A DNA stretch of 64,000 bases from Eledone cirrhosa (GCA_964016885.1 OZ024756.1:21762001-21826000), one strand, 5' to 3'. Positions 27,257-43,791 are shown, counted from the first letter of the stretch. Numbers and translations are program-made. Notes: generated from the sequence alone by a model not told the origin.

Positions 27257-27865
27257 CAGGTCACCATTTGGTGCTACTGGTAACATGTATCCCAGTACAA
27301 CCTGTCTCGTGGTCGGGTTGTTGGCGACTAAACTGGCAACCCCACCAAGGTTTCTTGGTGAGGAGGGTGACTTTTGACATCCTGCAGGAATAAAAACAAA
27401 AGCTGTCAAAGGGCAAAGGAGCTCTTAAGAATCAATGACCATCCAAAATCACCGGGAGAGATGACCCCTTAGCCTTTGTCAAGGCAGAATTGTAGGAGAA
27501 GGAAAACTCTGATATAACACCTGCAACCCTGATGGTATACAATGATGTTGACTTGTTCTTCTTTTTGGTAAATATCATCTTGGTTAAGAGAGTGGGACTG
27601 GCTTTGTGCAGTGCTTTTGCTCACTATAAAAGCTTCACGGCACATGCATTGCTTTATATCTGGAGGTCTCTCTGCACTTGTCATCACATGGTACCATGGG
27701 CCCAGCACTATGTGTCAATAAGTGTCACAAGTGTAGTGTTTGTACCAGAGTTTTCAAGTCGCTGGCTGGACTAAAAAGTCACACTCGTTCAGCGCATCGG
27801 TTGGGGTTCTCCTACATGGATATAAAGTAGTGGCCGTACTCGAAAACGAGTTGGCAGTCACTACC
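27257..27865 (+). mobile_element. Full-length ~610-bp non-autonomous RTE-UTR-like retroelement
   Basis: caggtcac ... gagttggcagtcac; no long ORF. Confidence 0.8.
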
Positions 27866-28454
27866 ATGTACGTACCTACCTATATATGTATGTATTTCAT
27901 ATCTAAATATTATTTGTTATTATAATTTTTGTATATTTTCTTGCGCTTGCGGTTAATAACTGTTTTCCTCTGAGAATCATTGAATTAAATTTTCTGCAAT
28001 CAAAACTTTTACGCGCTGTTGACGTTCCATACTTACTAAGACGCTTCGTTTATGTTTTCCCTCATTTCTATTTTTCCTGTTTGAATTTTCTTTTTTCCAC
28101 CGGATTTATATAATTATTTATTTACTTATATATTTATTTATATATTTATTTATTTACTTATATATTTACTTATATATTTATTTATATATTTATTTATATA
28201 TTTATTTATTTACTTAGATATTTAATTATATATTTATTTATTTACTTATATATTTATTTATATATTTATTTATTTACTTATATATTTATTTATATATTTA
28301 TTTATTTACTTACTTATTTATATATTTATTTATTTATTTACTTCTATATATTTAGAACAAAATCTATTAGATTCGTAAAGGAATAGATCGGAAGGACAGT
28401 TGAATTTTGAAGAGTGTGTTATTAGTCTGTTCCAAGCCAAAGTCTCATCAGGGC

Positions 28455-28620
28455 AGTGGTTAACCCCGATTTCCTTGGCGTTAAGAGACTAAGAGCAGAA
28501 TAGTCTCCATGGATAGGACGCCAGTCTATCGCAGGTTTAACTCCCCATCTACTGCTGGTACTGAGTGTACTGTAGCAACGTGAAATAAAATGATTTGCTC
28601 AGGAACACAACACACAACCA
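28455..28620 (-). mobile_element. Degenerate SINE fragment (CORE/V-like)
   Basis: ggataggacgccagtctatcgcagg...gtgaaataaaatgatttgctcaggaacacaac, related to the core of 43570-43700. Confidence 0.5.
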
Positions 28621-29369
28621 GTTATCAACCGTGATACGATGAGATGAGGTATTTGAACAGTAAAAGTATTATCTAGATACATAACAATCATGTATATTAC
28701 TGAGATCGAACCGTTCCGAAGATTAGACATTTTATCTTTTAATTCGCGGCCATCTAATATGTTAGTGTAATCACCAATTTCCCAATCGTTTCCATTACTA
28801 ATACCAGCTTCTAGAATAAAACAAATCTCTCGTCACAATGAACGCAGCCATCAGCACCGCCAGCACAACCACCACCACCATCGACACCGCCAACACCGTC
28901 ACAACCAGCACCACGCACAACAAAAACAGCAAAAATAGCAACAACAACTATCTTATCAGACCTGACTCAAGCCACAAACCTACCCAGCAACTTCTCATTT
29001 ATCACCAAAGTCCAATTAAAGAGAACACACATATTGACTTCCGCTCCATCACGCTAACGACTGGACCTCCCCAGGAAACTGACTTCTACACAGACAAACT
29101 CCAATTTTAGACTGTCACTTCTCTCTTCCTCGTTCTCTCGCCTTCTCTCTTTCACCCTCTCTCGCATTATCTCTCTCTCATTCTCTCTCTCTCTCATTCT
29201 CTCTCTCATTCTCTCTCTCTATCTCTCTTTTATTGTCCCTCTCTCTCTCTGTCTATCTTTCACTATCTATCTATCTTGTGGTAGTAGAGTGGGTAATATG
29301 AAAATCGCCGGCGATTTATTTCAGATCTAGCTGTTGGGGTCCTGAATCTTCTCACACACACACACACGC

Positions 29370-29496
<127 letters not shown>

Positions 29497-29684
29497 ATAT
29501 GTAGCCTCTCGAGGTATGGCGGAGGGTAAGCACAGTTACATAAAGGTACGTAATTCATTGGTAGAGTAAAGGCATCTGTTATATAGAAATTATTTCTACA
29601 GGACTAGAACTGTTTCATTCGTACGATTATATTACGAATGAAACAGTTCTAGTCCTGATGAATTTATATATCACATATGAAACA

Positions 29685-29916
29685 ATTATATATATATATG
29701 ATATATATATATATGATATATGATATATATATATATATTATATATATATATATATATGATATATATATATATATGATATATATATTATATATATATATGA
29801 TATATATATATATATGATATATATATATATGATATATATATATATGATATATATATATTTATATATGATATATATATATGATATATATATATATGATATA
29901 TATATATATATATATG

Positions 29917-29947
<31 letters not shown>

Positions 29948-30490
29948 GATATATCTATATATGATATATATATATGATATATATATATATATGATATATA
30001 TATATATGATATATATATATCACATATATATATATATATATATATATGATATATATATATATGATATATATATATATGATATATATATATGATATATATA
30101 TATATATGATATATATATATATGATATATATATATCACATATATATATATATATATATATATGATATATATATATCACATATATATATATATATATATGA
30201 TATATATATATATCACATATATATATATATATATATGATATATATATATCACATATATATATATATATGATATATATATATCACATATATATATATATAT
30301 ATATGATATATATATCACATATATATATATATGATATATATATATATGATATATATATGATATATATATGATATATATATATCACATATATATATATATA
30401 TATGATATATATATCACATATATATATATGATATATATATATATGATATATATATGATATATATATGATATATATATATCACATATATAA
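29685..30490. repeat. Interrupted (TA)n tract with GA/CA variants
   Basis: Direct reading. Confidence 0.9.
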
Positions 30491-31429
30491 GCCGAATATG
30501 CTAACCACAAAGCTATGTGCTTTCTCATATAACTACAAATATGTACAAATAGGCACAAACGATACACACATACACAGGCACAAACAACAAAACAACACAT
30601 TTGTACGTAGACACACATTTATACATGTTACCAAAAACAGAAAAAGCAGCATCACCGCCAACAATAGCAACCATAGCAACAACACACAACAAACAGCCAT
30701 ATTCATTAATCTACTGTAGATTCACGAAATTTCATTATCACTTTACGCTAAACTCTTGTTCAAATGGACAGTATTTCCTATCGAACAAGGAAATTTCTTC
30801 TTTCAATGGCGTATTTCAAAGTTACACTCTATTCTATAAGTAGAGATTATATCGCTATATCAACACCCCGACCACAAAACTACCATCACCACCACCACCA
30901 CTGCGGCCACCAACACACAACGACGACAACGATGACGTCGAAAACAACCACCCGCACCTCCCACATCAGCATCACCTAAATTCATTTCGATACGTTTAAC
31001 GAATATATTGATTCCTTAAGACGAGGTCTTAATATGAATAGCAGTTCTTGTTCAAACGAATATATAGGAGGACATTTCTATTTATTAGACATAGGCACTC
31101 TACTATAGTTCGAGAAAAGGTTAATAAACATTAAAAAGGTTGAAAGGAGGAGTGGATGCGGGGGCTATAGTGACGTTTACATATTCCCACCACCATCAGT
31201 AGCAACACGTACTAAAATCATGATGAACGACGGAATTGGCTTCATACGACCACATCTACGTCACTGTTACGTAATTGGCAAATATATTTTACGTAATACG
31301 ACGGTTTTCATTTCATCATTGCCTCACTCACTCCATTTCTTATCACTACATTGCCCATTACTTTGATATCTAATCTTTGCCGTGTATTTCATTCAGCCTG
31401 TAAACGTTTGTTTGCAACATATATATATA

Positions 31430-31468
<39 letters not shown>

Positions 31469-31515
31469 CGAGTGTGCGTGTGGAAGAGAGTGCGATAGGT
31501 ACATAGATAGATATA

Positions 31516-31702
31516 TTTCTTTATTAGCCACAGGGGCAAAAAAGAAGGGGACAAATACAAAGGGGGAAGTTTACATACAATAAAAACGTGTAAAATGTTA
31601 TCACAGATGGAATTTAAAAAGTTAGTCTTTTTTCCCCAATAGAGGGAGACAGTTTATATGGGTAACACATACCCCCGAAAAAAAATGTGCAACCCTCATC
31701 TC
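31516..31702 (-). mobile_element. 3' UTR fragment of Tx1/L1-like LINE
   Basis: tttattagccacagggg...acaaatacaa resembles 5955-5990. Confidence 0.5.
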
Positions 31703-31748
31703 CATATATATATATAGCGAGTGTGCGTGTGGAAGAGAGTGAGATAGG

Positions 31749-31786
<38 letters not shown>

Positions 31787-31886
31787 TATAATATTGAAAA
31801 TAAGACCGAATAATGTTAATTATATCATATTTTGAACTGTAAAAATTTCCTCACCGACCTTTATCTCTTTTCGTATTAGAAAATTA

Positions 31887-32009
<123 letters not shown>

Positions 32010-32039
32010 CATAATCGGACTAAGCGAATATATATATAA

Positions 32040-32387
32040 GCAGAAGGTATATTCAATTTGTTGGTAATTCAACAAATATAAATGTTTATAACTGATTCAG
32101 AGCACTCAACAACTTTTCTGGAGTATAATATTCAATGATATTAAATAAATGGAAACTATATTTATAAGACCATATTTATTCTATTATATATATTTCAAGG
32201 GTACCAAAACATTTGGTACGCTTTCATCAGATAAAATACAAAGTTTGTTTTATAAAGTTTGATATAACCAAGAAAAGATACCTTAACGTTTCAAGTTTTT
32301 CTTGAAATGTTTTGGTACTCTTTAAATATATATAATAGAATAAATATGGTTTTATAAATATAGTTTCCATTTATTTAATATCATTGA

Positions 32388-32390
<3 letters not shown>
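32040..32390 (-). mobile_element. Family A pLTR with intact HHR (32177-32238) and partial inverted copy (32305-32390)
   Basis: Minus strand: tattttat CTGATGA aagcgtaccaaa tgt tttggtaccctt GAAA TATATA TA atagaata. Confidence 0.85.
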
Positions 32391-32418
<28 letters not shown>

Positions 32419-33559
32419 ATCAAAAAAAGATTGACATATGCTTAAATATATCAAGCATTAACAGGATGTAAGAACATTTATCTAAATCCAAAAGGCGGCA
32501 TATTTATTTTATAGATAGCTGAATTCCAGTAATTATTCATATCCTTACATATATAGTCTATTATTGCATAAGTATATGTTTCATCAATTAAAAGGTAGAG
32601 TTCAATAGTCAATCAATGGATCATTACTGAAAGGTTTGATTGATCTATGAACTCAGACCTCTTAATACAAATCCGAACTGAAGAAAAAACGCACATGGTT
32701 TTAAACCACTACGTCTAATCGTTTTCTCGGTGACGTGAAAGATATATTGATATCTAGAAATAGCAGCCAAAATGTTTTACCTATATCAGCTCTACTAAAA
32801 ACATATTTAGGAGCATATTTAGATTTAAACATCATAAATATTGTATATTCTTTGCAAGCTTATTGATATGAAACCGTGTGTTGAACCCGGGCTGGTTATA
32901 AAACCAGAAAGAAGAGAATGCAGAAAATAGAACATATAGCCATTGAGGAGGTTCCATAATGTGTGACGAAAGAACTTTGACAAACTAACCAATAATTAGT
33001 AATATACATAAAGTGAAAATGTATATTTTTCTATTGGCGATATAGGCAACAGGATCAACCACAAATTTAACAAATATTGCGTAATTTAGTTAAACAGGAA
33101 TGTGTCGCTTATAAAAGTACAAAAGTGCAACGAGAGTTCACCTACAAAACAAGACGTTTTATTAGATGTTAAAAAATGTTCAATAGAAGAGAAGATAGAA
33201 ATAGCAACGTAATGTTAATGTTGACACTATAACAATAGCGATTTCCCTTGTTACAACAAATAATTGAATGTAAAGAAGCATTGTTAAAGCATGTATCATC
33301 TACATATAATCGATAGCAGTTTCTGATGCTTTATTTCTGAGTGTCTGTGTAATTATGTCAAACGTATAACGCATGGACCAACAGAGATATCACAGTCTTA
33401 TAGAATTCCATACACGAGAAGAAAGCTAATGGAAAATGTCATTGACATCGAATGTTACTTTAATGGAAATTAGATATTAAAAATAATAATATTAATATGA
33501 AATAGAAATAGAAGCTTTCGTCGTACTTTTGCCTGATAGTGGGGTTTAGAAAGATCTAA

Positions 33560-33930
33560 GAAATGAGCCACATCATGAGACTTATGAGTGGCAAGCGGCT
33601 CAGCGATCGTATCTGTATCAGTGAGCTGCTCAACATTACCAAACTTAGAACAATTACATCAATTGTCAAGTCAAATCAAGAGTACTCAAACTATATGGCC
33701 ATATAAAAAGATCAACTCGTGGTGTGAGTAGGTTATGCCTGGATGGAAGGTTGGTTGGTAAGAGAAGCAGAGGCCGGCAGGCAAAACGATGGCTTGACAA
33801 TGTCAACTTATCGACTGGACTTGGTCTTTGCTCTTTGAACTCTGCTGCTGGTGAACGAACTTTGTGGAGAGAGATATCACATGTTAATGCGCAGTCTGCA
33901 ACTGACGGAGTTTAGTGTCACAAGAAGAAA
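33560..33930 (+). mobile_element. 3' fragment of RTE-clade LINE
   Basis: KLYGHIKR...LDGRLVGKRSRGRQAKRWLDNV...AGERTLWR, typical RTE C-terminus. Confidence 0.85.
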
Positions 33931-34098
33931 TGGAAAAAGATGAGTATTAACGTACTGATCTTTTTCCATTTCTTAGAGTGTTCTAAACCTCACTATCAGG
34001 CTAACATTTCTTTAGTAAAAAATACGGCGACAGCTTCTATTACTATTTTCAAACTCGCTCGCTGTTTCAAAACATACTTAATATTATTAATATTTTAT

Positions 34099-34688
34099 GA
34101 TTTAGGTACAAGGCCAACAATTTCATTTAACGGAGTTTTTTTTTTGGAAGTTGATTATATCGACCCCAGTGCGTTACTGGTACTTTATTTTTATTTTATC
34201 GACCCTGTAAGGATGAAAGTCAAAGCTCACCTCAGTGGGATTTGAACTCAGAACATTAAGGGCCATAACACTATGCTGCTAAGCATGTTGTCCGACGATC
34301 TACCGTTACTCCAAATCCACCGATCCTATAATAATAATAATAATGGTTTCTTATATAGGCACAAGGCCAGCAATTTTGCGGAGAAGGGAAAGTCGATTAT
34401 AACACGCCAATGAATTACTGGTACTTTATTTTAACGACTCCGTAAGGATGAAAGTTAAAACTAACATCGGCGGGATTTGACCTCAGAACGTAAAGGGCCG
34501 TAACTTTATACTGCTAAGTATGTTGTCCGACGCTCTACCCATACTGCCAATCCACCGACTTTGTAATAATAATAATTGTTTCTACTTTTGGCACAAAGCC
34601 AGCAATTATTCCAGTACATTACTGGTACTTTATTTTATTGACCCGTAAGGATTATAAGCCAAACTAACCTTGGCAGGATTTGAACTCA
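34099..34688 (-). mobile_element. Three tandem SINE copies (34099-34322, 34343-34556, 34573-34688)
   Basis: Repeated consensus blocks separated by (AAT)n. Confidence 0.8.
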
Positions 34689-35088
34689 ATTATAATACTA
34701 ATAATAAATCTTCAATTTATTAGCGACAAGAGATTGACTCTCGAATACAATAAACATGAATGCACAAAAGCGAGGGTAAGGGCAAGTCCGTTATACATTA
34801 AACGTATTGAATTTTTCAAAATCATGGCATAAGTATGAATGTAATAGATAACAGAAACATCAAAACAAGAAAACGCATATCCGGTTACCCACCTCCTCAC
34901 ACAAACGAGAACGCACAAGTTAGGTTGACTCAAGGCATCACATATATCTACTCGCCCACTACATGTCATATTCTTTTTGGATATCACTAAAAACCACATA
35001 CAAACCAAACAATTCTTAAGTGGTTTCAACGTTGAAAGAATCCATATCTTCTGTATTATCTATCTCTCTCTCTCCCCCTCTCTCTCTC

Positions 35089-35140
<52 letters not shown>

Positions 35141-35164
35141 TATCTATATATATATCTATATATA

Positions 35165-35196
<32 letters not shown>

Positions 35197-35387
35197 CTAT
35201 ATATATATATCAATATATATATATCAATATATATATATCTATATATATATAGATATATATATAGATATATATATAGATATATATATATATCTATATATAT
35301 ATAGATATATATATAGATATATATATAGATATATATATAGATATATATATATATATATATATATATAGATATATATATAGATATATA

Positions 35388-35438
<51 letters not shown>

Positions 35439-35639
35439 ATATTCTAATCTAATCTAATCTGGCCGAGTTTACACTCGCAAATAAGAAGAACCTGGGCGGC
35501 CCCTAGGAACATTGGATTTGGTGTACTTCATATTTGTTTCGGTTGCTGAATACAATCAGGGATCGCTGCTTCTCCTGAAGGTCAATAGTTCTCTTCTAAC
35601 TCGAGCGGGAGCGCCTTTTCATTGTCAATTTGCATCAAA

Positions 35640-35917
35640 GCCGCATTGTTCTCAGAACCACTACACCAGTCTTTCGACGCGTGCAGCTGGAAATGCTGCC
35701 ACCCATTGATTTGGCAGGATTTATTTTAGATGGCCGTTGACTTTTATGTGTTCTTCCGCGCTTTGTCAGGTTTTGTTTTTTGTCCTGCAGGGTGTCCAAA
35801 ATCATCCTCCTCACCAAGTAAACGTGGTGGGGTTGCCTGTTTAGTCACCGATGACCCGACCATGCGACAGGTTGTACTGGGTTACATGCTACCAGTAGCA
35901 CTCGAGAGTGACCTGAC
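35640..35917 (-). mobile_element. Diverged relative of the 5' part of the ~610-bp element (RTE 5' UTR)
   Basis: Reverse complement gtcaggtcac...gactaaacaggcaaccccacc...ggacaccctgcaggac. Confidence 0.7.
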
Positions 35918-36580
35918 ATTGTTGATATTGTTGTTGTCGTTTAGACCCAAGTTTGCTGAAGTCAATCAGATTCTGCATGAAAGGTCTTTAATTCGTCACA
36001 CTGTCGCATTTTTATTTAGAATCAGCGTAACTTACACTATATTACTTAAAGCAACCTTCCTCATATAGATGGTAGGGTGTAATTTGACTTGAGGTTAATT
36101 TGGCTATTATGTCGAGCAAGTTGAGAGACGAAATCCATAGAAGCACTCGAGTAGGTTTGACTTTTTGGCTTTGGATCAGCTATTACTGCTGTGGCCTTTT
36201 CCATTCGTGCCCAGCCTGTCTTTTATTCAGACATAGTATAACAAGAACTTCGCGTTTCACGTGTTCCATTTTTATTTTTTTCGAAGGCACTGGTATAAAT
36301 TGAGGGAAATGTATTTGTTATTTCTAGCAGTTGAAGGCTCGAGTGAATGCTTCCTCGTCGGCTCATGTATTACCTCCTAGGCTGAAAGGTTTATAAACTG
36401 AATATGATGGAGTGATGCTAGAGCTGTTAAATCTTGCATCCATTAATTTAAACTCTTCTTATTAATTTGTGTATATAATATATATGAACACACGCTCACA
36501 CACAAAAACACAAATACATGCAGATGCACACACATACATGCAGACATACACACACACATATATAAACACATGCACATATA

Positions 36581-36774
36581 CGAGACTCGGTTGAAAAGTT
36601 CATAGGCCGACTTTGAAGGAATGATAAGCATATTGTGAAATCTTGCATTAATGTCCGCTCGTTTTATTACTAACTGCATTATCTCATTCCAGAGATCGTG
36701 TTGAAAAATAAACCTCATTTGGTCATTCCATGAGAGTATCTTGGTCAGCCACTGAACCTTTCAGCCTATACTTG
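36581..36774. mobile_element. Tc1/mariner-type MITE
   Basis: Imperfect ~30-bp TIRs cgagactcggttgaaaagttcataggccgac / gtcagccactgaacctttcagcctatacttg, with TA on both sides. Confidence 0.65.
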
Positions 36775-37688
36775 TAGTTGTTATTCTCTCTAATATTATG
36801 CCACCAGGTCAACTCTAATCGAATAATTACACCAAGGATGAAATCATTTCGCTTTTTTGTTTGTTTGTATATCGTGACCGTCTCAGTGGCCTAGTGGTAG
36901 GTATTAGAGACAGTGGTGATGCTGGTCTGGGTTTTAATCTCTGTCAGGTTCTACACTAAATACCTCGTACTAAGTTTTCAGAGCCGGTGCCCCAGCATGG
37001 CCTCAGCTGGATAACTAGAACAGGTAAAAGAGTAAATATCAGGGACTATATTGTTCAAGGAATATTTGAATTTTTTTTAAATGTAGTAGGGCGTGATATG
37101 ATGAGAATTTAGCTGTTATTTCTAGGGTATCAGACAACCGCATAGAAGCCTCTTCGTATATTGCAGCAGTTTATAGAATCGGTATGCATCATCATTCACT
37201 GCTGTTTGGTAAAGAGAGCAACATGAAGGAGGAATTCACCAAAGGAATTCCACAAACTAAGAGAATCAAAGGAAAAAAAAAAGATAGCAAAAGAGAGTGG
37301 GGGATAAATTGAGAAAGAAAGCAAGAGCGGGAAAAGAGAGATGAGGAGATAGATTGTGAAAGAAGGCAAGACGGCGGAGATAGAGAAGGAGGCGTTGGGG
37401 AGAAGAGAGAGGCGGGGGGGGGGTGAGTGAGTGAAAGATGAGGAAATAGGTTAAATGGTAATCGATAGTGGATATGACACAAGTGGAAGCAAAAGGATAG
37501 GTGAGGGATGGTCTAAATATAGAACAGAGCGCATTAGATTTACGACTAAAATATATTGGCGTTGAGGTATCGATAGCAAAATATTAAAGAATGAATAAAT
37601 AAACATAGAGAAAAGCAATATGGAAACGGATTTCCTACTCTAATATACTCATGTATATAAATATATATATAAATATATATAAATATAT

Positions 37689-37727
<39 letters not shown>

Positions 37728-37990
37728 GGAACGAGTAGGACCCCGACGGCTGAGCTCAAGCCGTTTCGACGGCTAATTCTGGACTATTACCCACTCTATT
37801 ACCCACTCTACTACCCAAAGTATTGAGTACTTTGGTACGTTATGGTCCACCTGGTTCCTTACCACATTTCCTTCGTTATATATATATATACATATACTTG
37901 ATTGCTTATAAGTCTACCGCCTATGTGTGAGTGTGTGTAAACACACTGACACATACACACGCGTGCAATCATACAATCATGTACACGCAG

Positions 37991-38047
<57 letters not shown>

Positions 38048-38159
38048 GGTTAATAGAAAACAATGTACATTTGCAGATATGAATATAAATATATACAGTA
38101 TTGTATGTAATACATGTGCATATATGTATGTATGTATATATATATAGACAATATGCCCC

Positions 38160-38421
38160 ACACACCCCACTGCAAGGTGGTCGTGGAGGTGCACCCAGCC
38201 CACACTATAAAGTGGACGTGTAGGCGCCACGAAAAAGCACCCAGCACTCACTGTAGATGAGGTTGGTGTTAGAAAAGGCATCCAGCTGTAGAAATCAAGC
38301 CAAATCAGTTCCTGTATGAGCAAGGCATGGTCAGCCGATCAGACACTGCCCCACAACAGGACAACCCGTCTAACCCATGCTAGCGTGGAAGAACGGACGT
38401 AAAACGTGATGATGATGATGA

Positions 38422-38425
<4 letters not shown>
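38160..38425 (+). mobile_element. SINE fragment with (TGA)n tail
   Basis: ggttggtgttagaaaaggcatccagctgtagaaa...ggacgtaaaacg(tga)n. Confidence 0.7.
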
Positions 38426-38485
<60 letters not shown>

Positions 38486-38921
38486 GTATACACACACAGA
38501 TACGAAATATATATATAATATATATGTATATATATATGTATACACACACAGATACGAAATATATATATAATACATATGTATATATATGTACATATACATA
38601 TATGTGTGTGTCTGAAAAATGAAAATGTAAATAAACAAAACAAGAAACGTTCATGATATATTTGATGAAAGCGGCAGAGAGGAATGTCTTTGATGTGAAC
38701 AGACAATATAGGGACATTTGAGAAGAATGCTTTCAGTTCTGAATTAAAACTGGGGACTAATACCGAGCTTAGATATTTGGATGTACGTATATGTTTATAT
38801 ATATATATATGTATATATCTATAGATATGTATACATAAGTGTATGTATATAAATATATATATGTATTTATATACACATATATATATGCATATGTGTATGC
38901 ATATGCATACATATATATTTA

Positions 38922-38968
<47 letters not shown>

Positions 38969-39089
38969 TCACGTTTGAGGTTCACCACTGGATAAAGCTG
39001 GTCAATTCCGTATGGTCAATCTCAATGTAATAATATAGAGAGTACTCAACCTAAAGCAGTTCAACCGTCTATATATATATATATATATG

Positions 39090-39580
39090 CAAAAGATCCA
39101 TTTAAAGTTGTTGGGATACAACAAGTAAATATTTTTATAACTGATATAAAGCACTCGACAAGTTTTTGGAGTAGATATACGATAATAATAAATGGAAACT
39201 ATATTTATAAAACCATATTTATTTCATTATACATATTTCAGGGATACCATATTAAATTATGGTATGCCTTCATCAGACAAAATATATTTTGTCTGATGAA
39301 GGCATACCATAATTTAATATGGTATCGCTGAAATATGTATACTGAAATAAATATGGTTTTATAAATATAGTTTCCATTTATTAATATCGTATATATATAT
39401 ATATATATATACAATGATATTTAATAAATGGAAACTATATTTATAAATCCATATTTATTGTAATATATATATATTTCAATGGTACCAAAACTTTGGTACG
39501 CTTTCATCAGATAAAATACAAAGTTTTTCTTTATATTTGTTGAATTGCCAACAAGTTAAATATCCATTTTGCTTATATAT
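39090..39580. mobile_element. Family A pLTR cluster with three HHRs (39220-39284 -, 39286-39349 +, 39455-39520 -)
   Basis: Palindrome 39176-39394 centred on caaaatatattttg; tcatcag at 39270 and 39504, ctgatga at 39293. Confidence 0.85.
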
Positions 39581-39581
39581 T

Positions 39582-39767
39582 AATTGTTTCTAGTTTTGGC
39601 ACAAGGCCAGCAATTAACCAGTGCATTACTGGTACTTTATTTTATCGACCCCGTAAGGATGAAAGGCAAAGTTAACCTCGGCGCGATTTGAACTCAGAAT
39701 GGCAAGGACCGTAACTCTATGCGTCAAAGCATGGCGTCCGACCCTCTACCGATACTGCCAATCCACC
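39582..39767 (-). mobile_element. tRNA-head SINE with TSD ccattttgcttatatat
   Basis: Duplication at 39564 and 39768. Confidence 0.9.
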
Positions 39768-39849
39768 CCATTTTGCTTATATATTAATATTCATAAATAT
39801 ATATGTTTATTTATATACGTCGTTTCGTTTGCGAATTTGTTACATATAT

Positions 39850-41915
<2,066 letters not shown>

Positions 41916-41966
41916 ACGTTTTCAGATAAAGAATATTGCTAAACAAATTCAGAAACGAAATGTATA

Positions 41967-42010
<44 letters not shown>

Positions 42011-42298
42011 CGTTTATAAAATATCTATAGCACGATTAAGAATATAACTCTATTCGTATGTATAGAGCTAGCTACATTGGAGAGTATATGATTGCCAAAT
42101 ATTTTTATAAAAAGCACCTCAATGTGTTTATGGAAAATGAGTTAAAACCTTATTCTAACTTTTCTAATGGTTATATATATATATATGTACAGTAATAATA
42201 ATACAATTGAAGACTAAAATCCAAAGAGGGCTCGATAAGGATAAATATATATCAAATATATAAGAACCGTACAGCAAATATTTATTAATCTGTTATTT

Positions 42299-42342
<44 letters not shown>

Positions 42343-42444
42343 ATAATAATAATAATAATAATGATATTGACTATTTTAGTTTCAGAAGATACCGTTAAGG
42401 GTGAAAGCACCGATTCTTTGCTTAAACTTTAATCTGTTATTTTA

Positions 42445-42515
<71 letters not shown>

Positions 42516-42705
42516 TATATATATGAATGTATGTATAGTATATTTGGCAATATACTTTATGTTTAATTAAAAACATTTAGAAGACCATTCGCTATGAGCT
42601 TTAAAGTAGTGACTATGTCACTCACTTATTCTCGGCAAACACAGTGTATTGCCAAATATAATATACATACATACATGTATACATCGCTATTTCAGAGCAG
42701 CTATA

Positions 42706-42786
<81 letters not shown>

Positions 42787-43164
42787 AAAGAAAGAGTGAG
42801 AGAGAGGGAGTGCAATAGAATTGGTTAGACTCATAATATAAGCTACAGCATCAACAAAATAATTTTGGTAAAAGGACATATTGTTGTTGATGGTGATGAT
42901 GACACTGAAAGTGTGTTTCAAGAGAACTTTTTAAAATGCAAAATGGAATGACTTTATACTATGTAATGAAAAGTTGCATATACATATATAAATATATATA
43001 TATATAAATAGATATATATACATATATAGATATTGTATATATATATATTGTATATATATATATTGGTGACCGGCTGAGGTTGAAGGAACAGAATAGCGGT
43101 CGCCCTCGGGTCCTCGATTTTCAGCCCCATGGATTTTATCTATTACATTCACGTATTATATTTC

Positions 43165-43225
43165 GAATACCTGATGATGTCACCGGATTCATACGGAAGC
43201 CGGTCATTGAAATGATCATAGTATA
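43165..43225 (+). ncRNA. Minimal type I hammerhead ribozyme (different family)
   Basis: atac CTGATGA tgtcaccgg...ccggtcatt GAAA TGATCA TA gtat; palindromic stem III. Confidence 0.8.
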
Positions 43226-43274
43226 ATAAACCTTTCAAGGATTTACACAAATCCAGCCTCCTGTCATTTCATTA

Positions 43275-43352
<78 letters not shown>

Positions 43353-43569
43353 AACAATGAAAGTGTGGTAAGATACCAGGTGGACCATAACGCACCAGAG
43401 TACTCGATACCTAGGGTAGTAGAGTGGGCAATAGGAAGAGACAACACCTCGACGGCTGAGCTCCGGCCGTTTCGACAGCTCGATCCAAACAGTTCGGATC
43501 GAGCTGTCGAAACGCCCGGAGCTCAGCCGTCGGGGTCCTGATGCTTTCCCTATATATATATATATATAT

Positions 43570-43700
43570 GAAGGCGTGTGGCTGAGTGGTTAGAGAATTG
43601 GATTCGCAATCGTAAGGTTGTGAGTTCGATTCCTGGACAGGGCGATGCGTTATGTCCTTGAGCAAGACACTTTATTTCACGTCGCTCCTTCTACCTGGAG
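43570..43700 (+). mobile_element. tRNA-derived SINE head with CORE-like segment
   Basis: A box tggctgagtgg, B box gagttcgattcc, tgtccttgagcaagacacttta. Confidence 0.7.
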
Positions 43701-43791
43701 TTGCGACCGATAGATAGTATTAGTAATTTGAAAGACCAACGGAAACATTGTTTCGTGGGTCCGATTTGACGAAAGTCGATCGATTTAAAAA

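Noticed and set aside
42378-42420. HHR-like CAGAAGA-hairpin-GAAA (also 57230-57268 minus)
   Set aside because: U4 is A in both copies and I find no closing stem I or clear UH site.
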